Assembly (NCBI GenBank): GCA_016933055.1
Contig: JAFGBS010000028.1
Span: 180,001 to 212,000 of the forward strand
DNA: 32,000 nt
Source: Promethearchaeota archaeon
Lineage (GTDB): Archaea > Asgardarchaeota > Lokiarchaeia > Sigyniarchaeales > Promethearchaeaceae
Direction of reading: 5' to 3'
Shown piece after piece: positions 15,632-25,610 of the stretch. Position numbers and translations under genes: made by a program. Each line of letters begins with the position of its first letter. The stretch's first letter is position 1. The notes under the pieces were generated by a model. The model searched no databases, was not told the DNA's origin, and worked only from the letters and a program-made list of their open reading frames with translations.

Positions 15632-17530
15632 ATGATTAATACAATGGATTATCAGCTGAAATTAGCATCCCTAATTAGTGTAGTTACAAAAATCCCCAAG
15701 GAAAAACTTTATTTTTTAATAAAGGAGCCCACAAAAGGAATAGAAGCAGATTGGAGCATTAATTGTTTTACCTTACGATCATTTATTAAAAAAGATGGAA
15801 ATGAGATTGCGGTAGAAATAGAAGAAAAAATCCGTAACATTGTCCATAATCATCCCTTCATTTTTAAAGTTGTGAGAGTAGGACCTTATCTCAATTTTAT
15901 CTTAAATGAAATCTACGTATTTAATGAACTCTTTACCCAAGTGAATAAAAATTTCTCGTCCTTTGTACGGAGTGGATTCCCCCAAGATAATCTTATTACC
16001 GTAGTAATTGAATTTCCCTCTCAAAACACAAATAAGCCTCTGCATTTAGGTCATATACGTAACATTGTATTAGGTCAGACTCTTGTTTCATTTCATGAAT
16101 TCGCAGGAAATTCCGTCCATCAAGTCAATCTGTTGAATGACCGTGGTGTACACATTTGTAAGAGTATGTTAGCATATAAAAGATGGGGTAGAAACACAAC
16201 TCCAAATAAAAGCAAATTAAAACCAGATCACTTTGTCGGTAAATATTATGTCACTTATAGCAGACATGAAGCAAAATTAAAACAATCTGTCCAAAAAGAA
16301 ATCCAAGAACTAGAAGAAGAGAGAAAAAAATCTAAAACGGAGCGGGATCTAGCTAAAATAAAAAAACTAAAAAGCGTCATCCAAAATTCAAAATATGGAA
16401 AATTACAGCAGAAATTAACTGATATGTTAGTAAAATGGGAAAATGGAGACCCAGAAGTCCGTAAACTATGGAGTAAAATGAATTCTTGGGCAATATCAGG
16501 ATTTGAACAAACTTACAAAATATTTGATTTAAACCATGAGAAAGTCTATTTTGAAAGTAATATATATGATAAAGGCAGAGAAATTGTTCTGGATGGATTA
16601 GAAAAGGATTATTTTGTTCAGTTAGATGACGGTGCAGTTATTGCACGATTCATTAAAAAAGGATTACCGAAAGAGAAGGTTTTGTTACGAAGTGATGGTA
16701 CAACACTCTATATAACTCAAGATATATTTCTTGCAATGCAGAAAATGAAAGATTATAACTACGACATGTCGATATACGTTATTGGAAATGAACAAGATAT
16801 GCAATTACGAACTCTTTTTGAGATCTTATCAATTCTTGGGTTTTCTGGGAAAAATATCCATTACAGTTATGGGATGATATACCTCAAATCTGGAAAAATG
16901 AAAAGTCGGGAAGGAATAATCGTAGATGCTGACAATGTCGTAGAAGATATTCGTGAATTATCGGTACAAGAAGTAAAAAATCGATATAGCAATTTATCTG
17001 AAAAAGAGTTGAATTATCGAGCTCAAACTATTGCGATGGCTGCCTTAAGATTCTTTATCTTAAAATATGAGTACACAAGAGACTTTATATTTGATTTGGA
17101 AGAAAGTATCTCATTTGAGGGAGAAACTGGAGTATATTTATTATATGTTTACGCAAGAATCTGTTCAGTTTTCAATAAAGGAATTCAAGACAACATTCAA
17201 GTTCCCTACAATCCGCATAAAAATGCACAGATAAAGTGGCATTATCCATCGAAGATACCTGCGTTTTCTCCTTATGAGCGGAATTTAATTCTCCAGTTAA
17301 GTAAATACCCCAATGTACTTTTTGACTCTTATAAAGCTCTTAAACCGCATTTGTTATGCAGGTACTTGCTGGAATTAGCACAATTTTTCAATATTTTTTA
17401 TCATGAATGTCCAATTCTAAAAGAGGAAAAAGAGATACGCGAACTCCGTTTATCTATTTGTGAAATAGTCAGAATAATCTTGAAACATGGTTTGAATCTT
17501 ATTCATATTGATATATTAACCGAGATGTAG
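15632..17530 (+). CDS. argS: Arginyl-tRNA synthetase
   Basis: EFPSQNTNKPLHLGHIRN, NDRGVH, RSDGTTLYITQD, YVIGNEQ, KMKSREG, FEGETGVYLLYVYARICS, FYHECPIL. Confidence 0.97.
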   Translation: MINTMDYQLKLASLISVVTKIPKEKLYFLIKEPTKGIEADWSINCFTLRSFIKKDGNEIAVEIEEKIRNIVHNHPFIFKVVRVGPYLNFILNEIYVFNELFTQVNKNFSSFVRSGFPQDNLITVVIEFPSQNTNKPLHLGHIRNIVLGQTLVSFHEFAGNSVHQVNLLNDRGVHICKSMLAYKRWGRNTTPNKSKLKPDHFVGKYYVTYSRHEAKLKQSVQKEIQELEEERKKSKTERDLAKIKKLKSVIQNSKYGKLQQKLTDMLVKWENGDPEVRKLWSKMNSWAISGFEQTYKIFDLNHEKVYFESNIYDKGREIVLDGLEKDYFVQLDDGAVIARFIKKGLPKEKVLLRSDGTTLYITQDIFLAMQKMKDYNYDMSIYVIGNEQDMQLRTLFEILSILGFSGKNIHYSYGMIYLKSGKMKSREGIIVDADNVVEDIRELSVQEVKNRYSNLSEKELNYRAQTIAMAALRFFILKYEYTRDFIFDLEESISFEGETGVYLLYVYARICSVFNKGIQDNIQVPYNPHKNAQIKWHYPSKIPAFSPYERNLILQLSKYPNVLFDSYKALKPHLLCRYLLELAQFFNIFYHECPILKEEKEIRELRLSICEIVRIILKHGLNLIHIDILTEM

Positions 17531-17536
17531 TGAACT

Positions 17537-18448
17537 ATGAAAAATGTACGCCAAATTAAAATTAATGAAAATCTACAATTAAAAAAGCTGATCGATGATT
17601 TAGAAAATACTGGTTTTAATGCAAAACGTTTGGCAAATGCTTGTAAAATTTATGAGAGGATGGTTAAAGATAAAGAATGTACGATTTTTTTCTCCTTAGC
17701 TGGGGCGATGGTGCCAGCGGGAATGCAAAATATTCTTATCGATATGATTGAAAGTGGATTTATTGATATTTTAGTAACAACTGGCGCTAATCTTACGCAT
17801 GATATAGCCGAAGCTTTAGGATTTCATCATCTACAAGGAAATCTAGCTATTGAGGATAAAACCGATAAAGATCTCCATGATGACCACATCAATCGGATCT
17901 ATGATGTCTTTATGCCAAATAATGTATATGAAGGCATGGAGGATTTTATAAAAACTCTGGATTTTGATTTGAATATGTCAGTCAAAGATTTCCTGACCTA
18001 TTTAGGGCACCAGCTTCCAGATGAACCCAAATCAGTTTTGAAAACGTGCGCAAATCATGAAATTCCAATATTCTGTCCTGCATTTACAGATTGTGGCCTT
18101 GCAATGCAACTATCCTTCTCATATCCTAAAATAAACCTTAATCACTTTCAAGATTTGCAGGACATGATCAACCTTGCGTGGGATGCAAAAACTGCGGGTG
18201 TATGTATAATAGGAGGTGGCGTTCCAAAAAATTATGTACTTCAAGCAATGCAATTCTCTCCTAATAGTGCTCAATTTGCAATCCAAATTACCATGGATAG
18301 ACCTGAAACGGGTGGATTAAGTGGTGCAGAATTACGCGAAGCAATAAGTTGGGGTAAAATTAATGAAAAAGCTCAATTTAGTACCGTTGTTACTGATGCT
18401 ACAATTGCATTACCCATAATTTTGAGTTATTTAAAAACTGTAACCTAA
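17537..18448 (+). CDS. dys: Deoxyhypusine synthase
   Basis: TGFNAKRL, AGAMVPAGM, VTTGANLTHD, IFCPAFTDC, GGGVPKN, GGLSGA...EAISWGK (catalytic Lys), DATIALP. Confidence 0.95.
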   Translation: MKNVRQIKINENLQLKKLIDDLENTGFNAKRLANACKIYERMVKDKECTIFFSLAGAMVPAGMQNILIDMIESGFIDILVTTGANLTHDIAEALGFHHLQGNLAIEDKTDKDLHDDHINRIYDVFMPNNVYEGMEDFIKTLDFDLNMSVKDFLTYLGHQLPDEPKSVLKTCANHEIPIFCPAFTDCGLAMQLSFSYPKINLNHFQDLQDMINLAWDAKTAGVCIIGGGVPKNYVLQAMQFSPNSAQFAIQITMDRPETGGLSGAELREAISWGKINEKAQFSTVVTDATIALPIILSYLKTVT

Positions 18449-18611
18449 TCTTGATATAATAAAAATCGAGATCCCACAGAATTCCCATCGACTATATAGT
18501 TTAAAATTTTACATATTTTTCATCTTTGGATTGAAATAAATTAAAAAACAGAAATTCTCAAACCAATCTTAATTAGATTGAAGGTGTAAGGCAAGAGAGT
18601 AGGTAGTTAAT

Positions 18612-19124
18612 TTGATTAAAATTGCAGATATAACAAATATAGAGGAAAGAAAGGCGATAGAGAATATAATTCGCAATTATAGGGAGGATAGTGGAACCGT
18701 TATCAGTCTTCTTCAAGATATCCAAGGACACTATAATTATTTACCCGCTTATATTTTACAACTCCTTTCACGAGAGCTGAAAATACCACTATCAAAAATC
18801 TATAGCGTTGCAACTTTTTACGCTCAATTTTCGTTTAACGAAAAAGGGAAACATATTATCACTGTGTGTGATGGTACCGCGTGTCACGTGAAAGGAGGAC
18901 CACTATTATACGACTATCTCATCAACCAACTAGGAATCCATGGGGGTGAAACTACTCCGGACAAAATATTCAGCATAGAAATTGTTCGCTGCTTAGGTTG
19001 TTGCGCTATAAGTCCCGTAATGATTGTTGATGATGAGCTTTATGGTAATTTAAATATGCAAAAAATTAGTAAAATTTTAAGCAAAATTCGTAAAGAGGAA
19101 ATGATTCAGGAGGGTTCTAAATGA
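18612..19124 (+). CDS. NuoE/HydC(BfuC)-like thioredoxin-fold [2Fe-2S] subunit
   Basis: LLQDIQGHYNYLP, VATFYAQF, VCDGTACHVKG, RCLGCCAISP. Confidence 0.93.
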   Translation: MIKIADITNIEERKAIENIIRNYREDSGTVISLLQDIQGHYNYLPAYILQLLSRELKIPLSKIYSVATFYAQFSFNEKGKHIITVCDGTACHVKGGPLLYDYLINQLGIHGGETTPDKIFSIEIVRCLGCCAISPVMIVDDELYGNLNMQKISKILSKIRKEEMIQEGSK

Positions 19125-20914
19125 TTATAAAACCCCGCGAACTTTGGATATGCCGCAGTACTGGATGTAATTCCCTAAACGCAAAGGCAGTCCATGATGA
19201 GTTAGTGAAGCAAATAAAAGAACGTAGATTAACCCAAATAGAAGTAAAAAAAGTGGGTTGTATGGGGCTGTGTCAGTGTGGCCCTAGTATACTCATACAA
19301 CCAGATAATGTTTATTATGTGCATTTAAAACCGAAACATATTCCCGAAATTATTGAGAAGCATCTATTAAAAGATCAAATCGTGCAACATCTAGCCTATC
19401 TAAATCAAGAAACTGAGGAATTTATTCCTAATAAGGAGAACATTCCATATTATAACAGACAAAGGAAAATAACTCTAAAAAATAGCGGAACGATCGATCC
19501 AGAAAATATTGATGAGTATATCCGTATTGGTGGGTATGAAAATATTGAAAAATGCCTTAAAAAATATAAACCCTCTGAAGTAATACAAATAATTAAAAAT
19601 TCCCGATTAAGAGGTCGTGGAGGGGCGGGATTTCCTACGGGATTAAAATGGGAGCTTTGTGCCAAAGAAATAAACGATACAAAATATGTGATTTGCAATG
19701 GAGATGAGGGAGATCCGGGAGCATTTATGGATGACATACTAATGGAAAGTGACCCACATAGCGTTATTGAAGGTATGTGTGTTGGAGGGTATGCAATTGG
19801 AGCTCATCAAGGTTATATTTATATTCGAGCTGAATATGCACTGGCAATAAAACGATTCGATATAGCACTAAAACAAGCTCGAATGAAGGGTTTTTTAGGA
19901 AGAAACATTCACGGGTCAGGATTTGACTTCGATATTCAATTAAAAAAAGGTGCTGGAGCATTTGTGTGTGGAGAAGAAACTGCTTTAATGGCATCGATAG
20001 AAGGCAAGAGGGGCACTCCTCGACCTCGACCCCCATTTCCTGCACAATCAGGACTTTGGGGTAAACCCACGAATATAAATAACGTTAAAACCTGGGCAAC
20101 TATACCTCATATTTTGTCAATGGGTGCTGATTCGTATTCGAAAATTGGAACAGAAGATGCCTCTGGAACAATAATTCTAGCCCTTACAGGGAAGATCAAT
20201 AATTCAGGGCTAGTTGAGATTCCAATGGGAACTACAATCCGAGAGGTTGTATTTGATATAGGAGGAGGAATCCCTCATGGCAAAAAATTTAAGGCTATCC
20301 AAATTGGTGGACCCTCTGGAGGATGTATTCCAGCAGAACATCTCGATACGGTCATGGATTATAAAAATTTGACCTCACTTGGAGCAATTATGGGTTCTGG
20401 AGGAGTTATTGTTTTGGATGAAGATACTTGCATGGTAGATCTCGCCCATTATTTCATTACATTTACGCAACGGGAATCTTGTGGAAAATGTGCCCCTTGT
20501 CGAATTGGAACCCTAAAAATGTTAAATTTACTAACTAAATTTAAAAATGGAGTAGCAAAAATGGAGGATATTGACGAACTAGAACATCTCGCTGATATTG
20601 TAAAGAAGACATCCCTCTGTGGATTAGGTCAAACCGCTCCAAATCCGGTGCTAACAACAATTCGGTACTTTAGAGATGAATATGAAGCACATGTGAATGG
20701 AAGCTGCCCTGCCTTAGTATGTAAGGATCTTATCCGTTATGAAATAATCCCTACAAAATGTGTCGGTTGTCAATTTTGTGCTAAAAACTGTCCCGTTCAT
20801 GCAATCAGCGGGGAAATCAAACAAGCACATATGATAGATTCAAATTTATGCATAAGATGCGGACTGTGTGTAGTGCAATGTCCCAGTGATGCTATTCGAA
20901 AAGTTGGGATGTGA
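19121..20914 (+). CDS. NuoF/HydB(BfuB)-like FMN/NAD(H) subunit with an N-terminal [2Fe-2S] domain and a C-terminal 2x[4Fe-4S] domain
   Basis: ICRSTGC...GCMGLCQCGP, RGRGGAGFPTGLKW, DEGDPGAFMD, GAFVCGEETAL, GGPSGGC, ESCGKCAPCR...LCGLG, EAH...CPALVC, CVGCQFCAKNCP, CIRCGLCVVQCP. Confidence 0.95.
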   Translation: MIIKPRELWICRSTGCNSLNAKAVHDELVKQIKERRLTQIEVKKVGCMGLCQCGPSILIQPDNVYYVHLKPKHIPEIIEKHLLKDQIVQHLAYLNQETEEFIPNKENIPYYNRQRKITLKNSGTIDPENIDEYIRIGGYENIEKCLKKYKPSEVIQIIKNSRLRGRGGAGFPTGLKWELCAKEINDTKYVICNGDEGDPGAFMDDILMESDPHSVIEGMCVGGYAIGAHQGYIYIRAEYALAIKRFDIALKQARMKGFLGRNIHGSGFDFDIQLKKGAGAFVCGEETALMASIEGKRGTPRPRPPFPAQSGLWGKPTNINNVKTWATIPHILSMGADSYSKIGTEDASGTIILALTGKINNSGLVEIPMGTTIREVVFDIGGGIPHGKKFKAIQIGGPSGGCIPAEHLDTVMDYKNLTSLGAIMGSGGVIVLDEDTCMVDLAHYFITFTQRESCGKCAPCRIGTLKMLNLLTKFKNGVAKMEDIDELEHLADIVKKTSLCGLGQTAPNPVLTTIRYFRDEYEAHVNGSCPALVCKDLIRYEIIPTKCVGCQFCAKNCPVHAISGEIKQAHMIDSNLCIRCGLCVVQCPSDAIRKVGM

Positions 20915-20918
20915 TACT

Positions 20919-23900
20919 ATGAAAATAATCATTGATCAGCACGAATTGGAATTTACTGAGGGTGAAACGATATTACAAATCGCAAAACGAAATGAAATTT
21001 ATATTCCAACATTATGCAATTTAGAAGATTTGACACCTTACGGAGGTTGCAGACTTTGTATTGTGAGGATTCTAAATGATCGGAAACCTTTCCAAACGGC
21101 ATGTTCGACCCCCGCAATCAAGGACATGGAGGTAATCACAAAAGATGAAGAACTTCAAGAAATGCGTCGAGAGGTACTTCAATTGATCTTAAGCGAACAT
21201 CCCTCGGGGTGTTTAGTATGTGCTCATCACTCTATATGCGAAGAACTTCTAAAGGAAGACCGTCAAAAATCTGGAAGGGTATTCGGATGTTTTTCATGCC
21301 CTAAGAAGGATATTTGCGAATTAAGAGAAATAGTGGAATATTTGGGAATTAACAAAATTGATTATGAATTCGAGTATAAGAATTATCCCCTAGAACGTGA
21401 AGATCCCTTTTTTGATCGTGATTATAATTTATGCATCCTATGTGGTCGATGTATTCGTGTATGCAATGAAATGAGAGGTATTGGAGCAATAAATTTTATG
21501 TACCGCGGTCATGATACCAAGATATCCACGGGAGGAAACGTCCTTCACATTGATTCCAATTGTTTGTTCTGTGGAGCGTGTGTAGACACATGTCCTACAG
21601 GAGCCCTTTCCTCAAAAAATACCAAATGGGTAAAAACCAAAAATAACAAAACTACTTCTATTTGTACTTTCTGTAGCGTGGATTGTGGATTCGATTATTA
21701 TACATTAGAAGAAAAATTGATGGAATCTATTCCTTCTAAGGGAGATCTGGTTAACAAAGGTCAAGCTTGTGTTATTGGAAGATTTTGTACTCCTCATTTT
21801 GTAAATAGCAAGAGCCGATTAAAATACCCCATGATTAGAAAAGATGATATTTTAATTCCGTGTAAATGGGATGAGGCATATGAAACTATTAGGAACAAAC
21901 TAAGTCTCTATAATTCCGATGAAATTGCTTTGATAGCCTCTCCTGATTTAACAAATGAATCAGCTTATTTGCTTAAGAAATTTGGGAATGAAGTCTTATC
22001 AACACCTCATATTGTCCAAGCTACCAACTTTATTCCATTTTTTACGGATAAAGATCAATCATTTAATGATATTCCCCATACTCAATGGATTTTACTATTA
22101 AATACAAATATCCAGATAACTCATCCAATCCTCTTGATACGTTTAAAGCAAGCAAGGGATAACGGAGCAAAAATTTTATCTCTTAATATTGGAAATGTTG
22201 AACTACCTTATGAAACACGTAATTTATTTGATATCGAATTAAATGTTCCAGTTCAAGATGCTACTTCCATTCTCGTTGCCATGCTAGGAACTCAAAATAA
22301 GCTTCTTTTACGAGATTTAGGATTAAAAATAGACGAAAAAGTACTAGAACGGTATAATTTAGCAGATTTTGTGGAGATGCGACGATATCAGAGAGGGACC
22401 ATACTTATGGGAAATTACGTTAATCTGCCTCCTTTATACATGAATAATTTGCAGAAGCTTATCATGCGGCTTGCTAGGGAGGGGGAGAGTCAAATTAGCT
22501 GTATAGGGCTATGGAATCACGGAAATCTCAATGGAGTCTCTAAATTCATTCCACAAACCTTGGATAAGATTACAGAAAAAATCGCTTCAGGAGATATTAA
22601 GGCAATCTTCACAACAGAACGCTTAAGTAACATTAATACCCAAAAAACTGAACTTTTAATCGTCCAAGATATGTTTGAGTCTAAATTTTCCAAAAATGCA
22701 GATATTGTTTTGCCCGTAGCTAGTCCTACAGAACAATCGGGACATGTAACCAATGCAGAAATGCAAAACAGAAGACTAATTGAAGTAGCACCCCCTATTG
22801 GTCATTCCAAACCCGATTGGCTTGTGTTAACAGAGCTTGCAAGAGTGTTTCAATTAACTGACAGATTCAAATATATCAATTCGGAGGAAATATATGAAGA
22901 GAGCCTGGATTTACAAATGGAATCTACCGACATCGATTTAGATTTTAAAGATATAAAAAAGTTAACATTAGAAGAACTTCCTCTGAATCATTTTACTTTG
23001 AGGGATTTCACATATCGTGGGCAATCTTTTTCTCATCTAGTTCCTAATCTTCAATTTTTAATTAACCAAAGAGAAGGAAAACTTGAGGAAGCGAAATTCA
23101 ATCAAGTAGAAAAAACAGAAGCGACCGAGTTTAAGGTTGTTCACATAGAAGAAAAAGTTCCGAATATGTTCAAACTGGTGGTTCATGCACCATTATTAGC
23201 TAACAAATCGCGTCCTGGTAATTTTGCAATCATCATGACCGAGGAAACCAGTGAACGTGTCCCCATTACTTTATCTGACTGGGATTCAGAAAAGGGAACT
23301 GTAACATTTTTCTTCCAAGAACGAGGTTTTTCAACTAAGGAATTGTCTGAAGTAAAGAGTGGAGATTATCTTCATAGCGTCGTAGGACCTCTAGGAAATC
23401 CCATCGAAATTGAGAAGAATAAAACTTTACTTCTTGGTGGAGGTTGCTACGGGATGGGTGCTTTATATCCGGTTGCTAAAGCTGCAAAAGAAATAGGAAA
23501 CAAGGTCATAATGATCATGGAGGGTAAATCCAAGGATCTTTTATATTTGCAGAAAGAATACGAACAACTTGTGGATAAAGTCGTATATATAACTTCTGAT
23601 GGCTCATACGGGCATAAGGGTTCTGAACATGGCAAGATAGCTACAGGCATTGAAGTAGTAGCACAAACTGAAAATGTAGATGTAGCATATTTTGTGGGAT
23701 GCGAGATGATGATGATGGAAGCATCGCAGATGACAGAAAAATTAGGAATTCCTACATTTGTGAGTTTGAACACGATCATGCTAGATGGAACGGGCATGTG
23801 TGGGGCTTGTCGATTAACAATAAATGAAAATGGTCACCGTATCACGAAATTTGCATGTGTAGATGGGCCTGTTTTCGATGGACATAAAATAGACTGGGAT

Positions 23901-24008
23901 GAATTAATGAAGCGAGGGGTTCAATTTAGTCACAAAGAAGTGGAAGTATATCGAGCTAATGCATGCAGAGCATTGACAAAATTTAACTTAAAACAGGAGG
24001 AATCTTAA
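20919..24008 (+). CDS. Fusion of a NuoG/FdhA/HydA-like Fe-S subunit (degenerate molybdopterin domain) with a C-terminal NfnA/SudB-like FAD/[2Fe-2S] domain
   Basis: IPTLC...GGCRLC...TAC, HPSGCLVC, CILCGRCIRVC, CLFCGACVDTCP, CTFCSVDC...C. From about 23130 the sequence is NfnA-like: SERVPITL, VVGPLGNP, MLDGTGMCGACR...FACVDGP. ATG 20919 follows the upstream stop by 4 bp. Confidence 0.9.
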   Translation: MKIIIDQHELEFTEGETILQIAKRNEIYIPTLCNLEDLTPYGGCRLCIVRILNDRKPFQTACSTPAIKDMEVITKDEELQEMRREVLQLILSEHPSGCLVCAHHSICEELLKEDRQKSGRVFGCFSCPKKDICELREIVEYLGINKIDYEFEYKNYPLEREDPFFDRDYNLCILCGRCIRVCNEMRGIGAINFMYRGHDTKISTGGNVLHIDSNCLFCGACVDTCPTGALSSKNTKWVKTKNNKTTSICTFCSVDCGFDYYTLEEKLMESIPSKGDLVNKGQACVIGRFCTPHFVNSKSRLKYPMIRKDDILIPCKWDEAYETIRNKLSLYNSDEIALIASPDLTNESAYLLKKFGNEVLSTPHIVQATNFIPFFTDKDQSFNDIPHTQWILLLNTNIQITHPILLIRLKQARDNGAKILSLNIGNVELPYETRNLFDIELNVPVQDATSILVAMLGTQNKLLLRDLGLKIDEKVLERYNLADFVEMRRYQRGTILMGNYVNLPPLYMNNLQKLIMRLAREGESQISCIGLWNHGNLNGVSKFIPQTLDKITEKIASGDIKAIFTTERLSNINTQKTELLIVQDMFESKFSKNADIVLPVASPTEQSGHVTNAEMQNRRLIEVAPPIGHSKPDWLVLTELARVFQLTDRFKYINSEEIYEESLDLQMESTDIDLDFKDIKKLTLEELPLNHFTLRDFTYRGQSFSHLVPNLQFLINQREGKLEEAKFNQVEKTEATEFKVVHIEEKVPNMFKLVVHAPLLANKSRPGNFAIIMTEETSERVPITLSDWDSEKGTVTFFFQERGFSTKELSEVKSGDYLHSVVGPLGNPIEIEKNKTLLLGGGCYGMGALYPVAKAAKEIGNKVIMIMEGKSKDLLYLQKEYEQLVDKVVYITSDGSYGHKGSEHGKIATGIEVVAQTENVDVAYFVGCEMMMMEASQMTEKLGIPTFVSLNTIMLDGTGMCGACRLTINENGHRITKFACVDGPVFDGHKIDWDELMKRGVQFSHKEVEVYRANACRALTKFNLKQEES

Positions 24009-25435
24009 TGACCGAGCCACAATCCAAAAAAACAACTCGAAAGAAAAAAGTAATACTCCCAAGACACAAAATTCCAGAGCAAGATCCTTTCCTTAGATCA
24101 AAGAATTTTGATGAAGTAAACCTGGGATATGCCCCAGAGATGGCACAAGCAGAGGCTTCTAGGTGCTTACAATGCCCTAAACCGGCATGTAGAGAAGGCT
24201 GTCCTGTGAATGTTGATATACCTGGATTTATAAAACTAATTATCGAAGGCAATTTTATCGAAGCTTCCCATCACATAAAAGAAACAAATGCACTTCCAGC
24301 AATTTGCGGCCGAGTATGTCCTCAAGAAACTCAATGTGAGGGGGTTTGTGTCCTCGGTAAGTCTTCTAAATATAAACCAGTAGCAATAGGTAACTTAGAG
24401 CGTTTTGTTGCAGATGCTGAACGGGCTACTAAGGCTTGCTATATCTGCGAAAAGGATCCCCCTACAGGTAAAAAGGTGGCTATAATTGGTTCTGGACCAG
24501 CGGGTTTAACAGTAGCTGGAGACTTAATTAAAAAAGGTCATGAAGTGCATATATTCGAAGCCTTTCATAAGGGAGGAGGTGTTTTAGTTTATGGCATCCC
24601 CGAATTTCGACTACCAAAGGAAATTGTAAACTGGGAAATCCAAGAACTGTTGGAAAATGGGGTTGAAATGCATTATAACACAGTAGTGGGCAAACTCCTC
24701 ACCGTAGAGGATCTGAAGAAACAAAATTTTGACGCTATTTTTATCGGAATCGGTGCGGGATTACCACTTTTCATGGGAATTCCTGGTGAGAATCTCAAAG
24801 GAGTGGTATCCGCTAATGAATATCTCACTCGATCGAATTTGATGAAGTCTTATGATTTTCCAAATTATAAAACTCCTCCTTTACAAGGAAAAAAAGTAGT
24901 AGTAGTCGGTGGGGGTAACGTAGCAATGGATTCAGCACGAACCGCGTTAAGATTAGAATCAGAAACGGTAACAATTGTGTATCGACGTGCAATGGAGCAA
25001 CTACCCGCTCGAGTAGAAGAGGTTCATCATGCACAAGAGGAGGGTGTAATTTTCAATTTACTAACCAATCCTGTTAGATTTATCGGAGATGCGACAGGAC
25101 GTCTTCAAGAAGTAGAAGTCTTAAAAATGAAACTTGGGGAACCAGATTCTTCTGGAAGGGCGCGTCCTATACCGATTGAAGGCTCCGAATTTCAAATTCC
25201 GTGCGATTTAGCAATTATTGCAATAGGTAATAATTCGAATCCGCTATTGACTTCAACAATGCCAGATCTAAAATTGAACAAATGGGGCAATATTATCACA
25301 GATGAAAACGGAGCCACTAATCTTCCGGGTATTTATGCGGGAGGAGACATAGTTACAGGTGCTGCGACAGTAATTTCCGCTATGGGGGAAGCTCGACGCG
25401 CTGCGAAAGCCATACATGAATTTTTAAGAAAATAA
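24008..25435 (+). CDS. nfnB: NfnB/SudA (GltD-like) NADP(H) flavoprotein with 2x[4Fe-4S]
   Basis: RSKNFDEVNLGY, RCLQCPKPACREGCP, ICGRVCPQETQCEGVC, IGSGPAGL, YGIPEFRLPK, GGGNVAMD, YRR, GGDIVTGAATVISAMG. The start overlaps the upstream stop (TAATG). Confidence 0.9.
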   Translation: MTEPQSKKTTRKKKVILPRHKIPEQDPFLRSKNFDEVNLGYAPEMAQAEASRCLQCPKPACREGCPVNVDIPGFIKLIIEGNFIEASHHIKETNALPAICGRVCPQETQCEGVCVLGKSSKYKPVAIGNLERFVADAERATKACYICEKDPPTGKKVAIIGSGPAGLTVAGDLIKKGHEVHIFEAFHKGGGVLVYGIPEFRLPKEIVNWEIQELLENGVEMHYNTVVGKLLTVEDLKKQNFDAIFIGIGAGLPLFMGIPGENLKGVVSANEYLTRSNLMKSYDFPNYKTPPLQGKKVVVVGGGNVAMDSARTALRLESETVTIVYRRAMEQLPARVEEVHHAQEEGVIFNLLTNPVRFIGDATGRLQEVEVLKMKLGEPDSSGRARPIPIEGSEFQIPCDLAIIAIGNNSNPLLTSTMPDLKLNKWGNIITDENGATNLPGIYAGGDIVTGAATVISAMGEARRAAKAIHEFLRK

Positions 25436-25610
25436 ATGAAAACAGACTTACTTCTCAAGCTCCAATAGATAATTTGCCCTCACAAAAATTACTTGAACAA
25501 CTTAATTCAAGATATAAGATAATCAACTCAATTTTTATTACAAGAAGGTTGGAAAAGGAATGAGAGAAAGCTGGGGGTGCTGATATACTACCTAATGCAA
25601 GATTTATTTT

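Noticed and set aside
18612-24008. Calling the operon respiratory complex I, a hydrogenase or a formate dehydrogenase
   Set aside because: There are no membrane Nuo subunits, no H-cluster or NiFe motifs, and no Mo-ligand Cys/Sec motif.
24008-25435. Calling the last gene glutamate synthase
   Set aside because: No GltB large subunit is present, and it directly follows an NfnA-type domain, so Nfn/Sud is the better reading.
3730-25435. Selenocysteine or stop-codon readthrough in the radical SAM or oxidoreductase genes
   Set aside because: No in-frame TGA interrupts these ORFs, and the sequence after their stops does not continue the domains.
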